Shown: piece after piece, positions 32,882 to 46,655 of the stretch
Position numbering within the stretch: the stretch's first letter is position 1
Layout of the letters: each line of letters opens with the position of its first letter
DNA from: Oculina patagonica
Taxonomy: Eukaryota
Reading direction: 5' to 3'
DNA length: 64,000 nucleotides
NCBI RefSeq assembly: GCF_052425735.1
Contig: NC_135763.1
Location: forward strand, 32,302,001 to 32,366,000
The notes under the pieces: model-generated
Databases searched by the model: none
Seen by the model: only the letters and a program-made list of their open reading frames with translations
What the model was told of the DNA's origin: nothing
Position numbers and translations under genes: made by a program

Positions 32882-34777
32882 CTCGAAAACAAAGCAAATG
32901 GCACCACAATACGCGGCTGAAGATTTGATAAACCGAGTCCCGTTGAAATACAAGAAGATTTTACGATCGTTATCTTAATATTTCGGCGCGAGATCGTGAG
33001 GCTCACTTTAGTTTGATGCTGTCACTAACACACGCTCATCCTCCATTTTAACGGTAAACTATGCAGACTTACAGCTGCATTTAAACGTTCATGACAGGCT
33101 TCTGAAAGCTTACTTCTTAACCGTTGAAAGCTAAGACAACTTCTAATCCCTTCAAAAAATACAATGCCTCTTAAGCTGCCTTGTTTTGACGCTACGTCCT
33201 GCCTAATCTGCTTGAAACGCGAATTCCTTTGCGCTTAAAGTTCCTTAAATTTAAAGAAGCCGATACAAACAACAGTCACATAACACGTCCTCAGGAAGAC
33301 AAAACAAAAGAAACGAGGCAATCATGAGTGAAAAGAGTTATTACTCAACGATGAATGTAATTACGCTCGTCATGCATTATTTCTAAGGGCGGGCGGAACT
33401 TTTCATCTTGAAAAGCTCTCTTTTGTCCTCTTAGCCCAAGTAATTATTTGCCCTTTGTAGCAGATAATTAAGAGCTGGAACTTCAATAAAACGGAATGGT
33501 AAAGCCTGACATTATTGGTTTTGTTGGACTTTATAAGCTTTAATTATTTAACATGAATTAAGGTGCAAGACAAAACATCGTATAAATAGGCAGACTAAAA
33601 ACAAAGAAGCGTAAAGCCTATTAAAAGTTCGGATTTGGAACGTGACATCGTTTTAGATTGATTGCACGGTACAACTTGGAAGAAATAATGCATGGTATCG
33701 GGTAAACAGCGGATTTTATAGTCCAGATGAAAAACCCTATAATAATTTTAAAAAAGTTTTGTTAAAATACGCGTTCATAGTGGAACCGATCAACGTACTA
33801 TAAATGACATATCAAGGAAAATTGTTTTGTTTTTGTTCCTAGAATGTTCCAGAATTTAATTTAATGATCACCTTATCGAAATAAGCTGGGAGCTACTCAC
33901 TTATAAAAAAAAATAAAAATAGCTTTCTTCTAGAACTTTCTATTTATAAATAGCATCAGAGGATTGTGTACTATTTTAAGGATAAATCAAATGCAAGGCT
34001 GATCGGACAGCTAAAAAAGCGAAATAAATATCATTGTCCCAATATTTCGGCTAGACAAAACCTTCTCCAGGGGCTGAAAAAGCTAAGCTTTTTCATATTG
34101 CTGATCCTACACTCCGCTGCTATTTGTATGTACAAGTCCTTGCATTATTTCGGTGCCTTATCTATTTTAAGACTGACTGTACACGTGGCCATGTGCCAAA
34201 TTTAGTAAAGTGGCTGTACGTGTTCTGTGTGCGGTAGCTGGTCATGTATGTGACACGAGATACTGTATATTGTAAATTCTAGTTCGATTGGAGAATATAT
34301 CTGCTTTTTGCTGCTACCACTGGACGATCCCAAGTTCTGTCTTAAAACTACCTGCTCCTCCACTGACCACGTTACATATGCATTCGACTGCAGGGGCTGA
34401 AAGTTGATTGGTTTGCCAAATTTACATTTGGCACGAAGTTATGTAAACAATAATCCCGTCTGGAAATTGACATATATCGGCCTGCGGCAGCGATCATCTA
34501 AAAAAAATATCTTCGCGTATTCACAGGCGGCCCAAGTTCACTACGTGACTTAATTATTCGTAAAGTGAAAGCGAACGTGACTCTTGGCTTCGAGCGCTGT
34601 TGTGTTACAAAGATGCGATTTATAAGGGTTGGTATAGGAACTCAACGATAAGGTTCGACAAGTATAAAATTAAATACTCTGAATAAAATCGACTTACCTT
34701 CTTGCCATATTGTATTCTTTGTTGTTTGCTTGCGCTTGCAATGCAGGCGTATTTTAGCGAACGCATTCGAACGCTTA

Positions 34778-36480
34778 CAGTGAAACGAACTCAACCGGGG
34801 CCACCCAACGTTTTTTAGCCAATCACAAGACGTGTTCAAAACAAAAGAATTGGAGTTCCTTGGTCAGGGGACCAATCACAGTGAAGGGCAATTTTAACTC
34901 TTCGCTTGACTGAATACGATGCGAAGGCACGCTAAAGTGTTGTTTTTACGGCAAAAATATAATTTTGTTCATTTCGTTTAAGGTTAAGGCGAAAGTCTGC
35001 CAGTAATTTGGAACACTGGACGGAATCAGCGTAAATACGTTTACCGAATTACGGCCGCGAATATTTTTGAAGACTGAAAGGATTCAGCGTATCACCGAAT
35101 TACGGCGAGCAATTTTGAAGACTTCGAAACACTGAACGAAGTGATGAACGTAGCGAAATAAGGCCATCCCCTTTTTTTTTTTCGTTTATCGTCGTATGTG
35201 TTTTCTGATTTTGGGTCGGTCGGTCGGAATTAAAAAAAAAAAATCAAAAAAAAAAGTTGATAAGGAGTCTGGAACTAGGAGGCCCGGTACCTCAGCATAA
35301 TGTCCGTGGAGCCTGGAAACAAGAAGACATGGTTACAATGTCAACATGGCGGCAATGGAGGAAGGAAAAATCGACGTCGTGGTTAAACTCAAACAAGAAC
35401 AGCGTAAAAAGGATGAAACATTATTTAAAATAATGTGTCATTGCCTTCTATACCTTCTGTATAAATTTTTTTTTTTTTTTTTGAAAACGCGAAAATCTGG
35501 GTCGGTCGGACGACGCTAAACAGAGAAAAAAAAGGGGACGGCCTAAATTTACCGGCCGATTCACGGCCAGCTCAATATTTTCCGAAAGACGGCTTGGAAT
35601 GTCGAAGACGAAAGCTTGGATAATTTATCGAATATTACGGCCGGGAGTTTTGAAGACTGAACGGACGCAACGTAAAGATAAAATTTACCGAAGCATGATC
35701 GGCTATAAAACTAACAATATGCCACACATTTTCCAAAACACGGCCGGGAATGTCGAAGACGAAAGCTTATGTCAGTTTTCCTCGAATTTGCGGCCGACAT
35801 TTTTGAACACGAAACGGGCTCAACATAAAAATAAATTTACCAAATTACAGCCGCTAACAAGTATGCGTGAACCTGTCACGTTTCTGCACGTTTTGTTGAA
35901 TTTTATCCGGCGATGAATATATTTATGGTTTGAAATGTTCGCCGTTGTAATTTGTTCATTAGGTACAATGTTCTTTTTATCACTGTATCACTGTATAGAT
36001 ATCACTGATGTAATACACTGAGTTTATCTCTTAGTGGACCGGTGTTGATTCGCTTCGGCAAATATGAGGAAAAGCCGTTTCGTCTTCACAGTTTCAGCCG
36101 GTGTCAATTCGGTAAATAAATTTGTGTCGAGTCCGTTTTGTCTTCATTCCAGGCGCAGGCCGTGCTATTTTCGTTGAGTCCGTTCAGTCTTCAAAATTCC
36201 GGACCGTCATTCGGTAAACTTATTTACGTTGATTCCGTCCAGTGTTCTAACTTACCGGCAGACTTTCGCCTTAACCGTAAACGAAATGAACAAAATTATA
36301 TTTTTGCCGTAAAAACAACACTTTAGCGTGCCTTCGCATCGTATTCAGTCAAGCGAAGAGTTAAAATTGCCCTTCACTGTGATTGGTCCCCTGACCAAGG
36401 AACTCCAATTTTTTTGTTTTGAACACGTCCTGTGATTGGCTAAAAAACGTTGGGTGGCCCCGGTTGAGTTCGTTTCACTG
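34778..36480. mobile_element. Non-autonomous DNA transposon with ~300 bp TIRs, TA TSD
   Basis: cagtgaaacgaactcaaccggggcc... at 34778 is the exact reverse complement of the end at 36480; flanks ta/ta; internal accgaattacggcc and gaagac repeats. Confidence 0.9.
35162..35543. mobile_element. Nested PIF/Harbinger-like MITE, TAA TSD
   Basis: taa|ggccatccccttttttt ... aaaaggggacggcc|taa. Confidence 0.85.
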
Positions 36481-37030
36481 TAATATCATCGGAAGAGCGC
36501 CATCTTGGATTCGTACTTGGGAGAGGATTGGGGATAGGAGAAAAGTAAGACTAAAATTGCAAGGGACCGCAAACGATAATGCTGCTATTCGTAGGATCTA
36601 CTGAGAGATCTGATCAGCAATTGCTTGCAGTTGATAGGAGAAAACGCGTCCTGGGGAGTAGCAGTGAGGCTGAAAAGACAGTGAGGAGGGAGGGGCCTAG
36701 ATTTCTCGTCAAACCAGACACTAATGTAATGATAATTTTTTTTCTTTAAATGATAGTGCGGACCAGTTAAGAGAATTTGTATGTTAAAAGGTTTAACTAC
36801 TCTTTAGCTGATGCAATTATCGACGATCCTTAGTTCAACAGCCAAATTCTTCTTACTAACCTTCAAATAAATATTCCTAAGTTATGAACTAGCCTACCGT
36901 TAAATTGATTTTTTTTGGCGCTATGATGCTAAATTTCTCTAACCTTTGCCAGGAATGCACTTTCTAACATTGCAGGGAGATTTTGATGAAGTTGTTGAAA
37001 TGTACAATATTTTTCGATTTTCTAACCGTT

Positions 37031-37078
<48 letters not shown>

Positions 37079-38171
37079 GTCCTTTTTTCTGGCCCGCAAA
37101 AAGTTTTGATCTTTATCAATGGAAAAGCCTGGAAAGGAGATCGTGATCAAGTACGGGTATAATGGCCTGTTTTACCACCAATTTAACGCCAAAAACTGAT
37201 CCCGTTTTTTTCTATTAGCTGTGTCAGAATGCAATCAATATTCAAAATAGATAATCCTGTGGAAAGATCTATCCAACCTCTATTAGTTGCATATCACAAG
37301 AATCTGCTGATGTGTAAATTGGTGACTTCACAGGTCGTTGAATGACCATTCCTTCAAATCCCGGAAAAATCTAGGCTTAGCATAACAAGAGCGACCAAAA
37401 TCAAACTTCTCTTTACAATTAAAATACCAAAATTGCTTCGACTTTTAACAAGTTCTCCGAACAAAGCTGTAAGAAAATGCATGAGGATCAGTCGGGAGAA
37501 TTTGTATGTAGATATTGGGGCTTAAAGGGTTAAACAAGAGGAAGGTGATTTGATGTAACACCAATTTCTTATGCATAACACGGCTGAATAGTCGCGCGTG
37601 GTAATTAGCAAATGAAACACTAGGAGGTTAAAGGGTTAAAACCTCTGGGGACTAAGTCAAAGCGTCAAGATCCATTAAATTGATGTTGTTAACAACTTAT
37701 TTTGTTCAAGAAATTTAAAATTCACTTAGCACCAGGATGTATTACATATAAGTAATTTACTTTCTTCGGATATTTTGACCTGCTAGTAAATTTAATTTGA
37801 AACTCTGCGGGAAATGAGGTATACATAAGCAGGGCGCCTTCAAAAACAATCGATAAAACCTTCACCTGCACGAACAAAAGGACAAGTTACTTTAGGAAAT
37901 GCGATTAAAATCTATTTACAAAAAAGGCATAAAGAATTCAAAGAAAATTCCATTAACAATTGAATGATATAATAATGTATTATTCTATTGAATCCTGCAG
38001 TAAAATGGCTCGCAAAATTTGCTAATTAATATCAAATGATAAAGCCAAGCCGTTTTATTTCAAGTTACTTTTTTAATTTTAAATCGAACATTTTAATGTA
38101 AGTGCACACATTTTCTAAAACAGTTCACATAATTGCTTTTTAAAGATAGTTTCATGTCTCATCAAGAACTT

Positions 38172-40238
38172 TCAAAAGAAGCCTCGTTTGCACTGTAAAA
38201 TCTGCTTAAATCTTTTCCTAAACTGTCTACTCATCACTCCATAAATAACAGGATTGCAGGCAGAGTTCAACATGGCAAGCCACGTGGTAATAGCAAAGAA
38301 TTCATCAGGCCATGAGCATTGCTTAAAAAGAAAACAAAATATTCCTATAAAATGAGGTGTCCAACACAAAACGAACGTTCCCACAACTATCAGTAAAGTT
38401 TTCGCAGCTTTGGTTTCCCGACGCATTTTCGCTCGGTTTTGAACATCCTTCTTTTTCCGAAGTCTCATAAGCGCAAGTGACGATTTACTAAACGCTCTAA
38501 ACGAGTTAGGACCCGAAAAATTGGCAAGGCTTGCAAAGGAAGCGGTCGAAAACTTTTTTCTACGTGTTGCGGAAGCTGTTCTCTCGCGTGTTTGTGATTG
38601 AGATACACCGCTTGGCGGAACTTCTTTCGTTGAATAAGCAAACGAAGATTGAGAGGAATATTGAGAAACAACCACCGGGATATGTATCGATTTATTATCA
38701 CCAGATTCATTCACTGCATGCTCTCCTCGTACTTGTGCAATCCCTTCAGTTCGAAGGTAATTTGATTGGTTAAGCCTGCTATCATCCAAGGTATCTTCAT
38801 TTTCGGCGGCAGTTTCAATAGCAAAAGAAGGATGTTCGTCAACATTCTTTGCGTCATCCTGCTTTGTCGATTCGTTTACATTTAGGTTGTTATTGTTTAA
38901 AGTTCTTAATGCCGCACGAGGTTGATTTAAATCAAAACGTTGCATAATAGAATCTATTTCCTCTTTTCCTTTCACAGTTTGAAGAGGCGGTAAATAAACG
39001 GCTCCTGTCTTCCTGATCGGTGCGATGTTATTTGATTTAGCAAACGGCGTGTTCACGTACGATATGTCCAGTTGAGTGGATGTGTATTTGTTGTCAAGCG
39101 GTTCTTTTGGATCGAATACTGAGTCTTGTAAGCTTCCACAACTGCTATTAAAAACACTCTCTCCATCTACGCTTTCGTAAGCGCTTGATGTTCTTCTTGA
39201 TTCCTTACTAGTTGGTAATTCATTTGGTTTTAAATAACGTGACGAGCCCCTAACATTTATATCCTCGCAACCAGAGTCTTTAGAAGGTTGGTCACTAGTG
39301 TTTACATTTTTAGTTGATAATGCTCTTATTTCGTTTCGTTCATCAAAAACTGTGAACGATGTTTGGCGACCACGAAACGTTCTATCGCCAAACACGTCGC
39401 TATTTAGAGAAACTTCACTTTTGCTCATGTCAAGTTCTTTAGTCGATAAAACCGATCGTGCGAGTAATGCATCAGAGTTCAAGCGAGCTTGGCTGTCGTC
39501 ACGGTAGCACGAAATCTCGCTTGTACTCGGTTCTTCCTTTCCTGCAATTTCACCAGTGACTGGCACAATTTTTCTAGACTGTTGTCTCGCTGTACGAAAA
39601 ATTCTTAAATAAGTCACCATCATCACACCGAGCGGTAAGAAAAAACAAACGGAAAAAAGAAATATGGTGAAAGAAATGCCGAATTCCCATTGCACTGTGC
39701 AGATGGATTCAGAACGTATAAAGGTGTATCGCGACCAACTCGTCAGGGGTAGGCAAGCCATGAGTAGGGCATGACACCAGATGTAAAAGATCATGCCAGC
39801 AGCAACTCTGTTCGTTATCCAGGTCGCGTACTTGAAAGGGTGGATGATAGCACAGTAGCGATCGATTGACACAGCGGCGAGAGTTAGTATCGAAGCAATA
39901 CAAAACAAAGAGTTTGCCATGCCATTCACCTTACACCATGTGTCTCCAAAAATCCAGTCATACGTGATAGAGGAGGCTAAGGTGAACGGCATTCCGATGA
40001 TCGACAAAAGTAGGTCCGCGCAGGCAAGATTGATTATGAACGCGTTCGTAATTGTTTGCAGAGTCTTGTCAATGTAAATGGCGGCCAGAATTAGTAGATT
40101 GCCTCCCAACGCAACAAGCATTATCACGACCATCGAAGCAGCTTGTAGTATAACTGCAGCATTTGAACGAGGGTCCAATGTCGTGGAAACATCAGTGACA
40201 GTGTCTGGAAGTGTCCCATTTAACGAATCGGCCACCAT
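38172..40238 (-). CDS. Intronless class A GPCR, GPR161/GPR101-like, 688 aa
   Basis: ATG MVADSLNG; GN, NLACAD, WIFG...C, DRY, CWTP, NSACNPVIY; ~390 aa low-complexity ICL3. Confidence 0.9.
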   Translation of the reverse strand: MVADSLNGTLPDTVTDVSTTLDPRSNAAVILQAASMVVIMLVALGGNLLILAAIYIDKTLQTITNAFIINLACADLLLSIIGMPFTLASSITYDWIFGDTWCKVNGMANSLFCIASILTLAAVSIDRYCAIIHPFKYATWITNRVAAGMIFYIWCHALLMACLPLTSWSRYTFIRSESICTVQWEFGISFTIFLFSVCFFLPLGVMMVTYLRIFRTARQQSRKIVPVTGEIAGKEEPSTSEISCYRDDSQARLNSDALLARSVLSTKELDMSKSEVSLNSDVFGDRTFRGRQTSFTVFDERNEIRALSTKNVNTSDQPSKDSGCEDINVRGSSRYLKPNELPTSKESRRTSSAYESVDGESVFNSSCGSLQDSVFDPKEPLDNKYTSTQLDISYVNTPFAKSNNIAPIRKTGAVYLPPLQTVKGKEEIDSIMQRFDLNQPRAALRTLNNNNLNVNESTKQDDAKNVDEHPSFAIETAAENEDTLDDSRLNQSNYLRTEGIAQVRGEHAVNESGDNKSIHIPVVVSQYSSQSSFAYSTKEVPPSGVSQSQTRERTASATRRKKFSTASFASLANFSGPNSFRAFSKSSLALMRLRKKKDVQNRAKMRRETKAAKTLLIVVGTFVLCWTPHFIGIFCFLFKQCSWPDEFFAITTWLAMLNSACNPVIYGVMSRQFRKRFKQILQCKRGFF

Positions 40239-42595
40239 GTTGTACCCTTCTTGGGTATAAACATACTTCAATGTGTTTCAAACTAAGTACTTACTTGCAC
40301 TGATCGTTCACGCTTGAACGGAAATCACATCTAGCACAAAGAATGCAGCTAAGTACAATACATAAACATGAGCAAGCAGCTAGCTTTTGTGGCGTTAATT
40401 AAACTTGGCCAAGTATGATGTGAGCGAAATAGCGTCAACTTTGTTAGCATAGAAGACACGCTTGTTGATTTCCGATCACGTAACTTCAAATGGTAGAATC
40501 TAGCAAATGCCTTTTGTAAAGACATGGGCATAGTTTAAATATGGAAAACATTAAGGTCACTGCATGCCCCCCATGTCAGTTACGGGACAAAAGGCCCTAC
40601 TTAATTATGGATTCAGAAAATGTTTTCAATAGAATTCAGAGAAAATGTTTTTGTCTCATTAAGGTAAACAGAACTTTACGAAACGAACGCGCCACGGGTC
40701 TCAGGTCTACAGCTGGTGGTTATCTGTGTTGTGACGAAATTGACACTTTTACCGGCTTTTGGGTAAGCAAGCTAAACTCCCGTAAGCTAAATAGGCATAA
40801 ATTAGATTCGTGCAGTCGTAAAATACGTGTTAATTAACGGTTTTAGTTCCAATCTCGAAATATAAATCTTCGCACTGATTGACATAGGTTCTTGTGTTTA
40901 CCGTCAGGATTTAGTTGAACATCAATAAAAAAATCACTTCTTTAAATGACGATAGTGTCTATGTCATAGATTGATCACTCAAATGGACTAAAATCGAGTA
41001 AAACAGTTTTTATTAGCTTCATACTCTATTATATGATAATTTTTAACGTAAGTGAGTGAAAATAAATGATATATTGGATTTATAGCCTTGTCTTAAACGT
41101 AAGGTGGCAGATCATAACTGCTGTCCATGGGTTTTTGTAATCAATTATTTCGTGTTTTGTGTTAATTCCGTAATCCGCCAAACTGCGTCAATTTGTTTAG
41201 AGATTTAAATAAATTGTTTGCTGTCAAATTTGACAGCCGCGGAAAGTGGCAGTCGGAGACTATTGTAATTCAGTGTTCTTACTAGAACGTTCTTTGAAGA
41301 AAATAAACTTGAAAATTGCAACACGTTTGGTCATAAATTTGATTCATAAAAAAATAGTTCTTAGAGTGAACGTGGTTTAGACTTAACTAACACACAATTG
41401 GAAAACGGATTTATCGCTGAGAAATAAAGTCGGAGAATATAAGAATGGAAATATATTCTATGGGAAAAATTAAAGACCTTCCGTAACACTGTATTTAGTT
41501 ACCAATATAACAAAAAAGAATATTTCAAAAGACCACCGCTTACCCCGTAGAGTTTTGTTTTGCTTTTTAAAGTTTTAAACAATCTAGATATACTATTTAT
41601 AACCCAAACAAACGTTCTTGTTTTCATGCTGTTGGACCGATAAAACTGACTCCCGTTAGGGTGCAAACTGCAAAAGTGCATTAGTTATCTAAAATCGCAC
41701 TGGGGTCCCTCAATTTTATAACATTAATATTCTTCTTTATTTATAACCCTGATCATTGATGAGTTCCCTCGTCATTGTCAAGCATGACTGACAAGACTGA
41801 ATAAGTTCAAACTTCACCTGGGGTTGTCTTGATCAGTTTCATTAAATTCTCAGAACTAACATTTAAAGAATCGATGGGGGAATTGATATTTTAACTGAAC
41901 TTAAGAATGACGTAATTAAACCCAGCAATACCACATGAAACTCTTGGCTACGTCAGTCAATTTGACAAAAAAAAAAAACTGAAACACAAATAGTCCATTC
42001 ATTGTTCGGATAATTTTATAAAAATTTACTTTTAAAATTATTTTTTCAGCTAGGCCGGTATGAAAAAAAGTAACTTTTTACTGAAACCTACATTTAAAGA
42101 CTTCAAACAAAGAAGCCAAAATAAAGAAAACTTGTTTTTAGTTTCGTGTTATGATCTTAAAAAGGTCAGTAACCTCAGATACTTTATGATGCCTAAAGTA
42201 ACGTCCTAAACCAGTCAGCATGTGGAGAGAATGTTACAAACAGCTCTTTATTGACAACTACAGCCGGATCTTAGGAACTACAAGTTAAATTTTCCATATT
42301 AAAAAGAAGCGGTTATGCCAAAGCGAAACATCTTTGAAGTAAAAGAGGAAAATAAGTTGACTAATATTTGTACACTACGTTTGTCACCAGCCTATTTAAT
42401 TTTATTTAGGTCTATTTACTATCACAAATAAATAAATAAATAAAAACAATCATAGTAATATTGCCAGTTTCGTACATTTATAAGCGACATGATGTAACAG
42501 CCATAGTAATGAAATTCTTGGAAACAATTGCGTCAGTAAATGATGACGAACCTAGACAGAAATGCTGACCTTTGAGAGGAATAAAATTTGAGACA

Positions 42596-42663
42596 AGGGC
42601 GTAGCTAGCCTACAGAGCCGTAGGCCAGGCCTACAACTCTTTAAAAAGCTGGCTACGCCCCTG
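42596..42663. mobile_element. Very short MITE remnant
   Basis: IR agggcgtagc / gctacgcccct. Confidence 0.45.
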
Positions 42664-44172
42664 TGAGCCCAGCAAATGGTAAAACCGAACAAGAAGAAAT
42701 ACTTAACTGACGTATGTTTGGGCCTAAAATAACTGGTGTTTCAATCCAAATAGTAATATGAAACTAAAACAACCAACAACCAACCAAAACCGGTTTAGGT
42801 TAAACTTAAACGGGTTAATCACAATAACTGGAACACGAGTTTTTTTATTTCAGGGGAAAAGCGTTTCATTTTCTGGGTACCGTAGTGCAACAATTCGCCA
42901 TTATGTAGAATGTTTAAGACGAAATCTAGGCCGTGTTCCATCTCGCCGCCGTTAATGGGACCGTTACAATATGAGCCCAGTGCCTGTTTTGCGAGCTACT
43001 AAGCCATAGGCAACCCAAGATGACGACACGTGACGACATTTTGCCATTCCCGTCGTAGCCCAACCCTTGATAGTACGGAAGCTCAAGTAAAGAATAGAAA
43101 ACTCCCGCCCCCCCCCCCCCAAAAAAAAAAAAATGAAATAAAAAAAGTGATAATCAAGAGAGGATATCCTCTCTTGTGATAATAGAATACAGACAGGGTG
43201 AGTATATTTTTTTTTTTCTTTATTCTATCGCTGGAGAGAAAAACAATATCAATTGAGCGTTTAATTCATCTGCTTTGTTAAAACAATGGCTTAAGCCCTC
43301 GATTTCTCAGCAGGCGGAAAAACAACTTACCGGTACTGACTGCATATATTTTTTAGAGAGAGCTACGTCCAACTTGCAACTAGAACTTGGGTGTCCTAAT
43401 GAATGAGGTCGAGTAAAACAAGTCCCTTTTCTGAAATATCAGTAATTAAAGCATTTAAACCCTTGCTTTTGGTTTGTGGTAAAACAACGTAACCTCACTG
43501 TTTCTTGCTTCCATTTGTGTTAGAAAATCCAGACGTTTTCGTAGCAACGCCTTTATCAACGTTTGTTGACACTAAAGTCAATGGTATATGTAAATTGCAA
43601 AATTTGTTTATAAATTTGTTAATTACAGTTATATTTTCTGGCAGTCGAGCCACCCCTTAACCACCTCTTAGTACATATTGAGACTTTTTCAGAAAACGAA
43701 TTCGTCCGTCACACTCCTCGGAGATGAACTGGTTTAAACAAGTTACTTAGAGTGTTTAGTAAAAAGAAGTCAACCCAGTTTGCGAAATAACAAACAGAAA
43801 GTAATTACATTTCTCAATATTTGCACGTCATCACCTTAAACGAAGAAAAGTACGCTAATGAGAAAAAAATTAATAAGGGCTCATTACAAAAGATCAGTTG
43901 CCCACATAGATGCTATTGTTCGCCCATTCCCAATAAAGCCATTAATAAACAAAATAATTAACTTGAGCGGCATAAATCAATTAGACTAAACTCCCTGTGG
44001 ATTTTTCCCAAGTATACTATTGGCTTGTGTTTTATATCAACAGAGTCTTATTGAAATTTTCTCATATTAGTGGCTTTCCCACTGATATTGTAGTTTTGAT
44101 CTCGACCGTCCTGATGAAAGCTTTCAGATCAAATTTACCGACTGAAAAACCTAAACTTCGCTTAGTACAAAT

Positions 44173-44916
44173 ATGACACAGGTAGTGTCAGGATTCGAAC
44201 AAAATCCGTTTAGCACCTTAAAGACAAAAGGTCTTCCAAGAGTTTTACCAATCCCTTGTTACTCTAAAGGTTCTGAGTTACAGCCAGCATTAGCCTCACA
44301 GGATCACAGCAAAGCCGAAGTTGTATTACTTCAAGAAAAGAAACACGATGTTCACTTGTTGAGTAAACTGTCGCCTCATTTCAGAAGCTGTGTTTCGCAA
44401 GAGCTCCTGAAGGCAAATTGGTCTAGGAACGAAAAACTGCCGTCTCTTTGCTACTCCTGCAATCGAACGCTGGATCGCCGTCATGAACAGACGATTTCTT
44501 TTAATAGAATAAAGCTTAAAAGAAGAACTATTCCTGACATCAAAGACGAGTACAAAGTCGACGACATGCATGAGCACTTCATAACAAGCAGCCCGTGGAA
44601 ACATAACTACAGAGAGCAGCAATTTACGTCCCAAAATGCTACGAGTTGTACACCATTTCAACGCTTCGAGAAAGCGCAATCTTGTGCGGAATTCAACAAA
44701 CAATGTTTTACCCGTTCGCCGCCACTTATTCTCCCGGAAGTGATAAAAATTACTCCGCAGAGAAAGACAACTACTCGGCAGAAAACCGACAGAGTCTATG
44801 ACGTTGGGCTAGTTCCACCTCCGACACCAACTATTAGGTATTTACGGGATTTATCGCCCGAGCTGAGAAGTCTTTTTGTGATAAGAATGGCCTCAGGTCC
44901 GCCGCCACTATTCTAA
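44173..44916 (+). CDS. Uncharacterised protein, 247 aa
   Basis: ATG-initiated single ORF, proline-rich C-terminus; no domain recognised. Confidence 0.65.
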   Translation: MTQVVSGFEQNPFSTLKTKGLPRVLPIPCYSKGSELQPALASQDHSKAEVVLLQEKKHDVHLLSKLSPHFRSCVSQELLKANWSRNEKLPSLCYSCNRTLDRRHEQTISFNRIKLKRRTIPDIKDEYKVDDMHEHFITSSPWKHNYREQQFTSQNATSCTPFQRFEKAQSCAEFNKQCFTRSPPLILPEVIKITPQRKTTTRQKTDRVYDVGLVPPPTPTIRYLRDLSPELRSLFVIRMASGPPPLF

Positions 44917-45994
44917 ATAAATATCGGTGCTGGAGCCTAACGCATACCCAGAATGAACGTTTTGTGATTTGTCCACAAACACTGCAACAAACACTGTTGG
45001 TCACATATTTGCAGCATATGTCAAGGAAAATACAAGAATAAGACATACGTATACACTCTTTACGTCAAAGGAGCTTACAGACGGAACATGGTCCGCATCA
45101 GTGAATAATTTGGCCATAGTTTTCGTAATCCGTCTAAATCCTCCTTAGTTCTATTCCTCCTTCAGTTTTGTTTGGTATCATGTCAGTCTTAGGTGTTTTT
45201 CTGCACAAGAAAACTATTGATTTGAGGTTTCTTTCAGTTTCAAAGTAATTTCGGTCATAAGAAATTAAAAAGATTTGTAATCATCCTTGTTTATTTCATT
45301 TTAGTATTACTTTAGTATTTGGTGTTTATCTATCCAAGAAAAGATTTGAGGTTTCCTTCAGTTAACGTTTGAAAATAATTTTCATCAGAAATTAAAATGG
45401 TTTGAATATCGCGGTATAGCTCCTTTAACAAACCGACTGTAAAAGCGGTGATCAAAAATATTTTAAAGTATAGTCATTAAACCGTGCACGATCTTAGAAA
45501 GGAAGCTAAAGGAACTTATTGTCTGATCATTTCTTTAAGGCCCAGCCAAGCTGAACGCAAAATGTAATCCCGATCACAAATATTCAAGGCTGATTGAGTT
45601 AAGTTTCTATATTTTAATATTCTTACTACTGAAGATAGAACTTGACTAAGATCAAAACGAACTTGCAATTGACTGCCAATTATTGCGATCATTAGAAACC
45701 AGTCTCTCGCCAACATGTTACAACAGCGAATGAGAAAATGGTGTCAGCTGTCTCTGCAGTTGATCAACTTTTTAACTATTTGTTTCTCTACGGTGATCAA
45801 CAACTCCTGGAAATATTTCGAAAAATTGCACCGAACGTCCATATCGTCATTGAAAACACTAACAAACAAAAATAAAAAAAAAACCATTCATTTCACTTCA
45901 AACATTTAATTGTACAGAAATTTACAAGGTATGCTCATTTTAGAACTGAAGCGTCAACTGAAACCACTGACCCTATCCGGCAGCGTCGGGGAAA

Positions 45995-46608
45995 GGGAGG
46001 GGGGGGGGGGTTGCTCACGAAATTTTATTACGAGGAGGTCCCGCCCCGAAGTTCAATTCCTTACCCTTTATGTATAACTTTTGATAGAAAATGTACCCTT
46101 TTACATACATAGAAATTGGTAACCCAAGTATTTGTTACAATAGTGCGTCCTATTTTAGAATAAGCCGCCCCTGTCTGGCAGAACATTCCTGACTTTTTAG
46201 ATAATAATATTGAGAGAGTCCAGAAGAGAGCCATGTTTATTATTTGTCCTTCCCTCGACTATAAGGAGGCATTACGGCTGCTCGGCCTCACTTCATTGAG
46301 AGAACGGCGCCAACATCTTTGCCGGCAGTATGTCTGTAAACTTCAGGATGTAAATAGCCCTCTTCATTTTCTTTTGCCTCAACGTGAGGAGATTGTACAT
46401 AACTACGATTTAAGATCCGGCACAAGTCGTAGCACCATCAAGTCTTGCAGAACGAAGCGTTCTCAGGACTTAGTCACTTCTCGCTATTAATCTTGAACTA
46501 GCTTGTTTATGAACCCTTATATTGTGTATATATTGTAATTAATAGTTTATATTTTTACCTTGTATTTTACTTTGTAATTCAGTTATTACTGCAATGAGTT
46601 TCATTAAA

Positions 46609-46655
<47 letters not shown>

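Noticed and set aside
32882-33046. Upstream in-frame ATG at 33046 for the minus-strand orphan ORF
   Set aside because: Two in-frame TAA codons intervene and there is no evidence for recoding or a splice acceptor.
34642-36604. Two ORFs starting MNTSCDWLKNVGWPRL on opposite strands
   Set aside because: Consequence of the element's terminal inverted repeats.
36750-37640. Repeated aaagggttaa ends resembling piggyBac-type MITE termini
   Set aside because: Only one-sided ends seen; no matching left TIRs could be delimited.
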